NCBI GenBank assembly: GCA_963665295.1
Contig: OY762209.1
Span: forward strand, 4,000,001-4,064,000
Direction: 5' to 3'
DNA length: 64,000 nt
Source of the DNA: Syntrophorhabdaceae bacterium
GTDB lineage: Bacteria; Desulfobacterota; Syntrophorhabdia; Syntrophorhabdales; Syntrophorhabdaceae
Every line of letters starts with the position of its first letter. Positions within the stretch are counted from its first letter, which is position 1. The notes under the pieces are model-generated. The model worked only from the letters and a program-made list of their open reading frames with translations. It was not told the DNA's origin and ran no database searches. A program made the position numbers and the translations under genes. This document shows, one piece after another, positions 20,158 to 28,429 of this stretch.

Positions 20158-22905
20158 ATGATGAAGAGATGGTTGGTGTTGATGATCTTTTTGTTTCCCG
20201 CGTTCATAGCGGCAGTTGTCCCATCCCTTGCTGCAGACGCGCCTCCCACCGTGGTGGGTCGCGTCTACCATGTTGAAGGTGACCTGCTCCGTTACGTACC
20301 TGCGGAGAACGATTGGGTCGCCGTGGTCAAGGATGCGCCTTTTGGGACAGGTGACACCCTTTTTTCAGGCACCCAGGGCATGGCCGAGTTGATTGTCCCC
20401 AACGGTTCCTGGATCAGGACAGGATACAGCACTCAGGTGCAGTTTATTGCCCTTGACACGGAAGTCTCTGAAGCCGACGTCGCTTCAGGGGTATCCAGGT
20501 TCTACAACAAGGGCGCCAAGACGGTCGTAAAAACCACATGCCCTTTTGGCTACGTTCTTGCCTACCCCGGTTCAACATTCGATTTTTACGTGGGTGAAAA
20601 CTCCGTAGAAGTGATCGCAGTCAAGGGGACGGTCAGTTTCGTTCACTCATCCACTCAGGCAAAGTACGACATTTCAGCCGGATCTCCATCGCTTCTCGCC
20701 GATCAGAGTCAGGTATCATCGGGTGAAGGTGTTGTAGACCCTACCTGGGATCAATGGAACCAGTCCCGTGATGGTTTTTGGGCGGCAAAAGCCAGAGTGC
20801 GGGGCCGCTCCGTCGAATATCTCCCTCCCGCTCTTCGCGACGAGGCGTATGTACTTGAAGAAAACGGAAGATGGGAAACCGTGGTCTACGAAGGCAGGGA
20901 GCGCCGTTTCTGGCGACCCACCGTGGTTGACGCGGGATGGGCGCCCTACACCGCGGGACGTTGGACCGACTGGTACGGAGACCAGACATGGGTTCCCGCC
21001 GAGTCTTTCGGATATGTTACCCACCATTACGGTAACTGGGTGCGTGTGGGCCATAACTGGTACTGGGCACCGCCCGTAGTGGCGGTCAGGGCCGGTTTAC
21101 CGCTCCTCGACATAGGGTTTGCGTGGACTCCCGGGAGAGTGGCCTGGATTCACAGCGGATCGAATGTTGGTTGGGTACCTCTTGCGCCGAATGAGCCTTA
21201 CTATAGTCACCGCCACTGGGGAGGACGTCACGACGTGGTAATAAGCAGTTCAAGACCGGTCCATGTCAACGTCCGGAACTATGCCTATGTAAATCAGGCA
21301 GTGGTCGTCAACCAGACCAATTTCTACAACGTGAATAACTACCGCAATGTCCGTGTTACCAATATAAACCAGACAACCATCGTCAATAACTATACCGCTG
21401 CACCCGTTGTCAACAATACCGTCATAAACAACTACACCACAAACAAACAACGCTACAATTTCACTAACGTGGCAGTCAAGGAAAAGCCGCACAACAGCGT
21501 AATAAACCGAATTCAGCAGAACGAAAAAACCATTCATCAGGGTAAGCCTGTGACCGCCGCCGCACTCCAGCAGGAGGTCAAGAAGGTACGTGAGGGCCAG
21601 CCCAATCGTAACGCAAAGATCGAACAGCCCAAGAGTGCAAACTACATTGTACCCGCCAATCAGGTTAACCGCCCGAAATCGGAAATCAAGCTCCCCCAGA
21701 GAGAAATCAAGGGTGGGAGGCCTGGCGGTCAGCCGGGACAACCAGGTCAGGGACCTTCCGGTAAGCCGGGACAGCCTTCTCAGCCGGGACAGCAAGGTCA
21801 GGGACCTTCCGGTAAGCCGGGGCAGCCTGGTCAGCCAGGGCAGCCGGGACAGGGACCTTCCGGTAAGCCTGGTCAACCTGGTCAGATAACATCTCCGAGA
21901 CCCGGACAACCCGGGCAGCAGGGGCAACCTGTACAGCCGGGGCAGATAACATCTCCAAGGCCAGGACAGCCTTCTCAGCCAGGACAACCGGGACAGCAGG
22001 GTCAGATGGGTCAGCCTCAGAGACCGACTCAACCTGGTCAGATAACATCTCCGAGACCCGGACAACCCGGGCAGCAGGGGCAACCTGTACAGCCGGGGCA
22101 GATAACATCTCCAAGGCCAGGACAGCCTTCTCAGCCAGGACAACCGGGACAGCAAGGTCAGATAACATCTCCAAGACCCGGACAGCCTTCTCAGCCAGGA
22201 CAACCGGGACAGCAGGGTCAGATGGGTCAGCCTCAGAGACCGACTCAACCTGGTCAGATAACATCTCCGAGACCCGGACAACCCGGGCAGCAGGGGCAAC
22301 CTGTACAGCCGGGGCAGATAACATCTCCAAGGCCAGGACAGCCTTCTCAACCGGGGCAACCGGGACAGGTTACACCTCAAAGGCCCGGTCAGCCTGGGCA
22401 GGGACTTTCCGGTCAGCCGGGACAACCTTCTCAGCCGGGCCAAATTACACCTCCGAGACCCGGGCAGCAAGGTCAGATGGGTCAGCCCCAGAGACCGACT
22501 CAACCTGGTCAGCAGGGGCAGATGGGTCAGCCTCAGAGACCGACTCAACCTGGTCAGCAGGGGCAGATGGGAAGAACCGAATCTCCACAACCTGCTCCGA
22601 AGCCACAGCAGGTACAGCAGCCGAAACCAGCTCCACAGCCTGCTCCTCATGTTCAGCCTGCGCCACAGCCGAAACCGGCACCTCAACCGGCACCTAAGCC
22701 TCAACCAGCACCTCAACCTGCTCCGAAGCCTCAACCGGCGCCTCAACCGGCACCTAAGCCACAGCCGGCGCCACAGCCGAAACCGGCACCTCAACCTGCT
22801 CCGAAGCCACAGCAGGTACAGCAGCCGAAACCAGCTCCACAGCCTGCTCCGAAGCCTCAGCAGGCTGCGCCGGCAAAGCCGGGCCAACCCGGCCAGCCCC
22901 ACTGA
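20158..22905 (+). CDS. Large secreted FecR-like/DUF6600-type protein with an Asn-rich segment and a Pro/Gly/Gln repeat tail
   Basis: Signal peptide (MMKRWLVL...SLAA), FecR-like beta domain, W-rich motifs (WRPT, WAPY..GRW..W, TWVPAE.FGY.THHYG.W, W.PGRVAW, GWVPLAP.E), about 390 aa of low-complexity repeats. Confidence 0.85.
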   Translation: MMKRWLVLMIFLFPAFIAAVVPSLAADAPPTVVGRVYHVEGDLLRYVPAENDWVAVVKDAPFGTGDTLFSGTQGMAELIVPNGSWIRTGYSTQVQFIALDTEVSEADVASGVSRFYNKGAKTVVKTTCPFGYVLAYPGSTFDFYVGENSVEVIAVKGTVSFVHSSTQAKYDISAGSPSLLADQSQVSSGEGVVDPTWDQWNQSRDGFWAAKARVRGRSVEYLPPALRDEAYVLEENGRWETVVYEGRERRFWRPTVVDAGWAPYTAGRWTDWYGDQTWVPAESFGYVTHHYGNWVRVGHNWYWAPPVVAVRAGLPLLDIGFAWTPGRVAWIHSGSNVGWVPLAPNEPYYSHRHWGGRHDVVISSSRPVHVNVRNYAYVNQAVVVNQTNFYNVNNYRNVRVTNINQTTIVNNYTAAPVVNNTVINNYTTNKQRYNFTNVAVKEKPHNSVINRIQQNEKTIHQGKPVTAAALQQEVKKVREGQPNRNAKIEQPKSANYIVPANQVNRPKSEIKLPQREIKGGRPGGQPGQPGQGPSGKPGQPSQPGQQGQGPSGKPGQPGQPGQPGQGPSGKPGQPGQITSPRPGQPGQQGQPVQPGQITSPRPGQPSQPGQPGQQGQMGQPQRPTQPGQITSPRPGQPGQQGQPVQPGQITSPRPGQPSQPGQPGQQGQITSPRPGQPSQPGQPGQQGQMGQPQRPTQPGQITSPRPGQPGQQGQPVQPGQITSPRPGQPSQPGQPGQVTPQRPGQPGQGLSGQPGQPSQPGQITPPRPGQQGQMGQPQRPTQPGQQGQMGQPQRPTQPGQQGQMGRTESPQPAPKPQQVQQPKPAPQPAPHVQPAPQPKPAPQPAPKPQPAPQPAPKPQPAPQPAPKPQPAPQPKPAPQPAPKPQQVQQPKPAPQPAPKPQQAAPAKPGQPGQPH
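21721..22902 (+). repeat. Intragenic coding tandem repeats (PGQ/QITSPRPGQ modules, then PQPAPK modules)
   Basis: Seven QITSPRPGQ units; near-identical 60-bp and 156-bp DNA blocks (about 21880, 22036, 22252); 24-30-bp PQPAP(K/Q) units from about 22585. Confidence 0.95.
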
Positions 22906-23016
22906 CCAGGGGGCGTGACCGGCGTGCTTACCTCTCAACGGACAAAGCAGCCCGGGTTCGAAGAAACGGGCCCACGTGTTGTCGGCGGGGTTGAGGGGAT
23001 ATCGATTTGACAGTAA

Positions 23017-23051
23017 CCCCGGAGAGCAGGATTGACTCCTGCTCTCCGGGG
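23017..23051. terminator. 15-bp perfect hairpin downstream of the repeat-protein gene
   Basis: ccccggagagcagga-ttgac-tcctgctctccgggg followed by a weak T tract. Confidence 0.55.
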
Positions 23052-23231
23052 GACATTTTCCCCTCGGTCCCGGGTATTTTCACATTCCGCCCCCTTTCTC
23101 ATCCGTTCCCCATTAACCGCTCCGTTGTCCGTTCCTGTTCCGATTATTGACACACTCTTCTTTACCCGATATCCTTTCCTAAGGTGGGCAGGGCGGGCTT
23201 TCGTCCGTTCCCCAGCCTATGGGGTGGCCGG

Positions 23232-25535
23232 ATGATGAATAAACGGAATATGTATCTCTTTACTTTCACCCTTCTCGCTATCGGTGTGGGAGGGATTATC
23301 GCCCAGACAGTGCTTCTCAGGGAGTTGCTTGTTGTCTTCGCGGGCAACGAGTTCTCTATCGGCATTATCATCGGATTTTGGGTAATCTGGGAGGCTGCGG
23401 GGGCCTATCTCGGTGGCCTCAAAGAGATGCAGTTGAGGACAGGCATAAGGTCGCTGGCCTGCCTTTCCGTTCTTTTTTCCGTATTTCTTCCCATCTCTAT
23501 CTATGGAGCCCGCACATTCAAAGTTCTCGCCGGCATACCCGTCGAGATAGGTGTCGGGCTCATACCCATCCTCTATACATCTTCCCTGGTACTGCTGCCC
23601 GTCGGGCTCATTCACGGATTCCTCTTCACTCTCGCATGTTCAATATGGGACCGGTTGACCGCCGAAGGGACACGATCCAGTGGAAAGGTTTACTTTTACG
23701 AGATGGTCGGCACTATTGCAGGCGGCATAATCGTGAACTTCCTTCTGGTGCCCCATTACCAGTCCTTTCAAATCGCCCTGTTGGTTGCCTGCTTCACCGC
23801 CGGTTCCTGTATCATTCTTCTCGTTTCTTTCTCCCGCCTGACTGAAAGCCCCGCCCTGGCCTTCAGCGCGGCAGTGATAATCTCCTCCGTTATCCTCCTT
23901 GCAGGAGGCGGCGCGGACCGTCTTCACCGCTTAGCCGTTGAGAGGCAATGGCAAGGCCGAAACGTGGTCTACTATGAAAACTCTGTCTATCAGAATATCG
24001 TGGTGACTCAAAGGGATGACCAATATACGTTTTTTTTGGACGCTCTATCCATTCTGACTGTTCCCGTCCCCGACATCGCCTTTGTGGAGGAATTCGTACA
24101 CTTCCCTATGCTTGTCCACCCCTTCCCGAAGAACGTGCTGGTCCTGGGAGGCGGCGCAGGAGGCGTGATAAACGAAATCCTGAAGCATCCATCAGTAAAA
24201 AGGATAGACTACGTGGAGATCGATCCCGCTTTTCTGAAGACGGTCATGCGGTTCTCGACACCCCTCACCACCCGGGAACTGAGCAATCCTCTCGTCCACC
24301 TCCACTTTCTCGATGGGCGAATGTTTCTCAAACGGGCCCTCCGTGGGTATGATGTTATCCTCCTCGGTGTGCAGCCTCCCCACACTCTTCAGCAAAACAG
24401 GTTCTTTACACAGGAATTTTTCGGGGATGTACAGAAAGCTCTTCGCAAGGGCGGTATTCTCGCCCTTACCATGACAGGGTCTCTTACCTACTACAGCACC
24501 GAATTGAAGGATCTCAATTCCTCCATCCTCGCGTCCCTGAAAGGGGTGTTCCCTCATACCTTCGTGGTCCCGGGCGACTCCAATCTCTTCCTTGCCTCAG
24601 GTTCTCCGACGGTTTCCTCAGTCTCTCCCATCCTTCTCTCCGACCGTCTGAAGACGAGAGACATTGCGACCAGTCTCATAAGCGGCACCCACCTCGCTCA
24701 TCGACTTCAACCGGAGAGAAGAGTATGGTTCTCCTCCCTCCTCGAAGGCCGGACAATTCCCGCAAACCATGATTTTTCACCTAAGGCCCTCTTCTACTAC
24801 ATAGCTTACCAGAATCTCCTCTTCTCTCCGTCCATAAGCCGGCTGTTCACCGCAGCAGAGGCAGTCCGGCCCCTCGGGGCAGCCTCATTCCTCGCCCTTC
24901 TGTTCCTTGCCTCTGCTCTGCTCCGCAGAACGTACTCACGTCTACCCGTCGCCTATGCGATCGGCACCACAGGCTTCACCGCCATGATAATGGAACTGGT
25001 TCTTCTATTCAGCTTCCAGGTGTTTTACGGATACATCTTCTATGAAATCGGTCTCCTTCTCACCCTGTTCATGGCCGGAATGGCAACAGGCGGCATCGTT
25101 GCCTCCGCTCCAGCCTTTCGGAAGGTATCGCCTGTGACATTGCTCACCTTCACCGACCTTTTTCTCGCCATCTTCGCCCTCATTCTTTCTCTCATCTTCC
25201 TTTCCTTCGGTTCCGCCTTCTTGTCGGGTTCCCCCTTGTCCTACCCTATCCTTCTTATTCTTCTTTTCGTCTCAGGTTTCCTGCCCGGCGCAGAGTTCCC
25301 CCTGGCCGCAATGGGGTATGCCCGCACCGTGAACGCGACTGAGGCCCGGACAGGAGACACCGTCGGAAGGACCGTCGGATTTCTCTATGGCGTGGATCTG
25401 GTCGGCGGTTGGATAGGAGGGCTGGTGGGAGGGTTTCTCCTCCTTCCCGTATTGGGACTCACTCAAAGCCTTCTTCTCCTTGTGGTTTTGAAGGCAGGCA
25501 GTCTTCTATTGTTGGCGACTTCTCCAAAAAAATAG
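23232..25535 (+). CDS. Multi-TM membrane protein fused to a spermidine-synthase-like (SAM-binding) domain
   Basis: About 7 N-terminal TMs (RELLVVFAGNE, GKVYFYEMVG..AG), LVLGGGAGG, VEID, DGR, FFTQEFF, then about 6-7 C-terminal TMs (LYGVDLVGG..GG). Confidence 0.85.
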   Translation: MMNKRNMYLFTFTLLAIGVGGIIAQTVLLRELLVVFAGNEFSIGIIIGFWVIWEAAGAYLGGLKEMQLRTGIRSLACLSVLFSVFLPISIYGARTFKVLAGIPVEIGVGLIPILYTSSLVLLPVGLIHGFLFTLACSIWDRLTAEGTRSSGKVYFYEMVGTIAGGIIVNFLLVPHYQSFQIALLVACFTAGSCIILLVSFSRLTESPALAFSAAVIISSVILLAGGGADRLHRLAVERQWQGRNVVYYENSVYQNIVVTQRDDQYTFFLDALSILTVPVPDIAFVEEFVHFPMLVHPFPKNVLVLGGGAGGVINEILKHPSVKRIDYVEIDPAFLKTVMRFSTPLTTRELSNPLVHLHFLDGRMFLKRALRGYDVILLGVQPPHTLQQNRFFTQEFFGDVQKALRKGGILALTMTGSLTYYSTELKDLNSSILASLKGVFPHTFVVPGDSNLFLASGSPTVSSVSPILLSDRLKTRDIATSLISGTHLAHRLQPERRVWFSSLLEGRTIPANHDFSPKALFYYIAYQNLLFSPSISRLFTAAEAVRPLGAASFLALLFLASALLRRTYSRLPVAYAIGTTGFTAMIMELVLLFSFQVFYGYIFYEIGLLLTLFMAGMATGGIVASAPAFRKVSPVTLLTFTDLFLAIFALILSLIFLSFGSAFLSGSPLSYPILLILLFVSGFLPGAEFPLAAMGYARTVNATEARTGDTVGRTVGFLYGVDLVGGWIGGLVGGFLLLPVLGLTQSLLLLVVLKAGSLLLLATSPKK

Positions 25536-25561
25536 TATAATTCCCCTAAGGCGGCATACAC

Positions 25562-26674
25562 ATGCTGGGTAGAAGAGATTTCATAAAACTGGCGCTCCTC
25601 GCACCCCTGGCCCTGAAGGTCGACGCAAAAGTCTCCCTTCAGAAAGAAACTCCCCCTCTTCATGAAGCCCTTTACTACGAGAAGGTCGACGAAAAGAAAA
25701 AGGTCGTGGGGTGCCTTCTCTGCCCGAGGGCCTGTTCCATCCAGGACGGTGAGACAGGCTTCTGCCGCGCGAGAAAGAATATCCGGGGCAAGCTTTATTC
25801 CCTCGGATACGCCCAACCCTGTGCCATCCATGTCGACCCGGTGGAGAAGAAGCCCTTCTTCAACGTCCTGCCCCGGACCCTGAGCCTCTCTCTTGCCTGC
25901 GCCGGTTGCAATCTGAGGTGTAAGTTCTGCCAGAACTGGCAGATATCTCAAATCTCCCCCATGGAATCGAACAATTACCACCTTTCCCCGGGGAAACTAG
26001 TGGAGGCCGCAAAATCGAGCGGCTGCAAGAGCATTGCTTACACCTATACGGAACCGACCAATTTCTACGAGTATATGCTCGATACCGCGGTGATAGCCCG
26101 TTCACAGGGTATCCTTAACGTGCAGCACTCCAATGGGTATATCAACCCCGCCCCCCTTAAGGAACTATGCAAATACCTGGACGCTGCCAACATCGACCTC
26201 AAGGGGTTCAGTACCGCCTTCTACAACAAGATGTGCGAAGCGGAACTCGAACCCGTCCTTGAAACTATAAAGACCATGAAGAAATCCGGCGTATGGGTCG
26301 AGATCACGAATCTCGTCATCACCGGCCATAATGACGATCCCCGCATGATCAGCGCAATGTGTGAATGGGTAAAGCAGAATGTGGGGGCAGACGTGCCGGT
26401 TCACTTTTCACGGTTTTTCCCCATGTACAAGCTGACAGGAATCCAACCTACCCCTCTTCCGTCGCTGGAGCGGGCCCGCGAATGCGGGTTAAAGGCAGGC
26501 CTTCAGTTCGTCTATATCGGAAACGCACCCGGTAACCCGGGGGAAAACACCTATTGCCCGAAATGCAGGAAGGTTCTCGTCAGAAGATCAGGCTACAACA
26601 TACTCGATCTACATATAAGAAGCGGGAAATGCAGGTACTGTGGGGAAAAGATAGGAGGCCTATGGACGGCATGA
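25562..26674 (+). CDS. amrS: AmmeMemoRadiSam system radical SAM enzyme with Tat-like signal
   Basis: CLLCPRAC, GFCRARKN, DPVEKKP, GCNLRCKFCQNWQISQ, IAYTYTEP, ANIDLK, HFSRFFP.Y, YIGN, CPKC/CRYC; N-terminal GRRDFIK. Confidence 0.93.
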   Translation: MLGRRDFIKLALLAPLALKVDAKVSLQKETPPLHEALYYEKVDEKKKVVGCLLCPRACSIQDGETGFCRARKNIRGKLYSLGYAQPCAIHVDPVEKKPFFNVLPRTLSLSLACAGCNLRCKFCQNWQISQISPMESNNYHLSPGKLVEAAKSSGCKSIAYTYTEPTNFYEYMLDTAVIARSQGILNVQHSNGYINPAPLKELCKYLDAANIDLKGFSTAFYNKMCEAELEPVLETIKTMKKSGVWVEITNLVITGHNDDPRMISAMCEWVKQNVGADVPVHFSRFFPMYKLTGIQPTPLPSLERARECGLKAGLQFVYIGNAPGNPGENTYCPKCRKVLVRRSGYNILDLHIRSGKCRYCGEKIGGLWTA

Positions 26675-28158
26675 CAAAATTCGCGACACCTTGTCTCAGG
26701 AGATCGGCCTTGGCCACCGCCATGGTCCTGATTCTGGCGCTGCACTTCCCGTTGACCGCAGCGCCCCAAAACACCACGACAACTGTGCGAAAAGCGTCTT
26801 TTGCGGGCTCCTTTTATCCGGCGGATAGAGCTACCCTCGACAAGAACGTTTCCGGCTATCTGAAGGCCGCCGAATCGAAGGGCAATCGCACTCCTGCCCC
26901 TATCATCGGCATCATTGCTCCCCATGCGGGATATCAGTACTCGGGAGGCGTTGCCGGGTCCGCATACAGTGCGTTGAAGGGCGGAGAGTACAAGACAGTC
27001 ATACTCCTGGGACCGAGCCACCAGACATGGTTCAAGGGTGTATCTGTCGACCTCCAAAGTGGATGGGAAACACCTCTCGGCATAGTCCCCGTGGACCACG
27101 AGACGGCGCGGACCCTCCTGGAGAGATGCAAATTCGCCAAACCCTACACCCCTGCCTTTCAACGCGAACATTCTCTTGAGGTCCAACTCCCCTTCCTCCA
27201 AAAGACCCTCGGAAAGTTCAAGATAGTGCCCCTCGCCACGGGGTCCATGGATGACGACGACTACGCGGCCCTCGCCTCGGTCCTCGCCTCCCTCGTGAAG
27301 GATCACCCCCGGAAGATTCTGATCGTGGCTTCCTCCGACATGTCCCACTATCACCCTTATGACCTCGCAAAGACCATGGACCGTCTTGCCCTCGCCGACA
27401 TGGAATCTCTTGATGTTCCCAAATTGACAGGCGATATACGGAAAGGGAAATGTGAACTCTGCGGGCTGCAGGCTGTGGTCACTCTTATCTCGGTTGCCCG
27501 GAGCCTCGGTGCCGAAGCTCATATTCTCAGTTACGCGAATTCGGGCGATGTGACGGGAGATAGAGACAGGGTTGTCGGATACGGGGCGATAGCCTTTTCC
27601 CTCCGGGAGGGAGACCACGGCCTCGACAAAAGAGAACAGGGGGTGCTCCTCAGTGTGGCCCGCAAGGCAGTTGAGGCGTCCGTCCTTGGGAAGCGCCTGC
27701 CACAACCGGACATAAAGGATTCGAAGCTGCAGGAGAAACGGGGTGCCTTTGTCACCCTTAGAAAGAAGGGTGACCTCAGGGGATGTGTGGGTTACGTGGC
27801 GCCCGTCCGCCCTTTATACGAAGCCGTATCCGAGATGGCCATGGCGGCATCGAGCCGGGACACTCGTTTTCGCCCGGTCTCCAGGGAGGAATTGAAGGAC
27901 ATCCATATAGAGATATCGGTGTTGAGCCCCATGAAGCCGGTTACCGACCCGACGGAAATCGAAGTGGGACGCCATGGTCTGTACATCACGCGGGGTGGGT
28001 TTTCGGGCCTCCTCCTCCCGCAGGTTGCCTCCGAGTATAGCTGGAACCGGGACGAGTTTTTAAGGCAGACGTGCATTAAAGCAGGACTCCCATCCAATTC
28101 CTGGAAAGAGAAAGGCACAAACGTCTACAGCTTCTCCGCGCAGATATTTTCCGAGTAG
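26671..28158 (+). CDS. amrB: AmrB (MEMO1)-AmrA (AMMECR1) fusion with N-terminal signal peptide
   Basis: AGSFYP, PHAGYQYSG, LGPSH, EHSLEVQLPFLQ, ASSDMSHY, CG, YANSGD, VVGY; then GAFVTL....LRGCVG, DTRF.PV..EEL..I.IEISVL, GLLLPQVA, F..QTC.KAGL. Confidence 0.93.
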   Translation: MTKFATPCLRRSALATAMVLILALHFPLTAAPQNTTTTVRKASFAGSFYPADRATLDKNVSGYLKAAESKGNRTPAPIIGIIAPHAGYQYSGGVAGSAYSALKGGEYKTVILLGPSHQTWFKGVSVDLQSGWETPLGIVPVDHETARTLLERCKFAKPYTPAFQREHSLEVQLPFLQKTLGKFKIVPLATGSMDDDDYAALASVLASLVKDHPRKILIVASSDMSHYHPYDLAKTMDRLALADMESLDVPKLTGDIRKGKCELCGLQAVVTLISVARSLGAEAHILSYANSGDVTGDRDRVVGYGAIAFSLREGDHGLDKREQGVLLSVARKAVEASVLGKRLPQPDIKDSKLQEKRGAFVTLRKKGDLRGCVGYVAPVRPLYEAVSEMAMAASSRDTRFRPVSREELKDIHIEISVLSPMKPVTDPTEIEVGRHGLYITRGGFSGLLLPQVASEYSWNRDEFLRQTCIKAGLPSNSWKEKGTNVYSFSAQIFSE

Positions 28159-28429
28159 GTCCCGGAGGACTCGGCCGAAGGCGCCGGGACGCCCTCTTTA
28201 CCGGGAGGTCCGGGCGCCCTGCCCCCTTCCGAAAGGTCCGCCAGTTCCGAAAGATAGACGCACAGATGAAGCCTCTCGTAAAGAGGCTCGTCGGGGTTAT
28301 ACCTTACCCACCCTTCCGGTATCGCTTCTCCGCCTGTTGACGACGCTCCGTCTTCCATTTTAATATGATACGTGCGCAAGGCCACTTTGTCAAACCCGGT
28401 TCAGGCCTTGCAATGGGAGAGACCAGGTC

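Noticed and set aside
21721..22570. Collagen-like triple helix
   Set aside because: G-X-Y periodicity holds for only a few triplets before being broken by GQG, PSQ or ITSPR inserts.
21721..22902. Repeat array as a possible CRISPR or non-coding satellite
   Set aside because: Unit lengths are multiples of 3 within one open frame, variation is largely at synonymous positions, there are no unique spacers and no cas genes.
21250..22938. 562-aa Leu/Arg/Trp-rich antisense ORF
   Set aside because: It is a shadow of the Pro/Gln/Gly repeats, whose reverse complement lacks stops in that frame.
28255..28300. Hammerhead-like hairpin in the amr-DUF523 intergenic region
   Set aside because: It lacks the CUGAUGA and GAAA core.
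28125..28385. 86-aa minus-strand ORF
   Set aside because: It has no clear RBS or motifs and overlaps the amrB-amrA end. It is unsupported, although a short peptide cannot be excluded.
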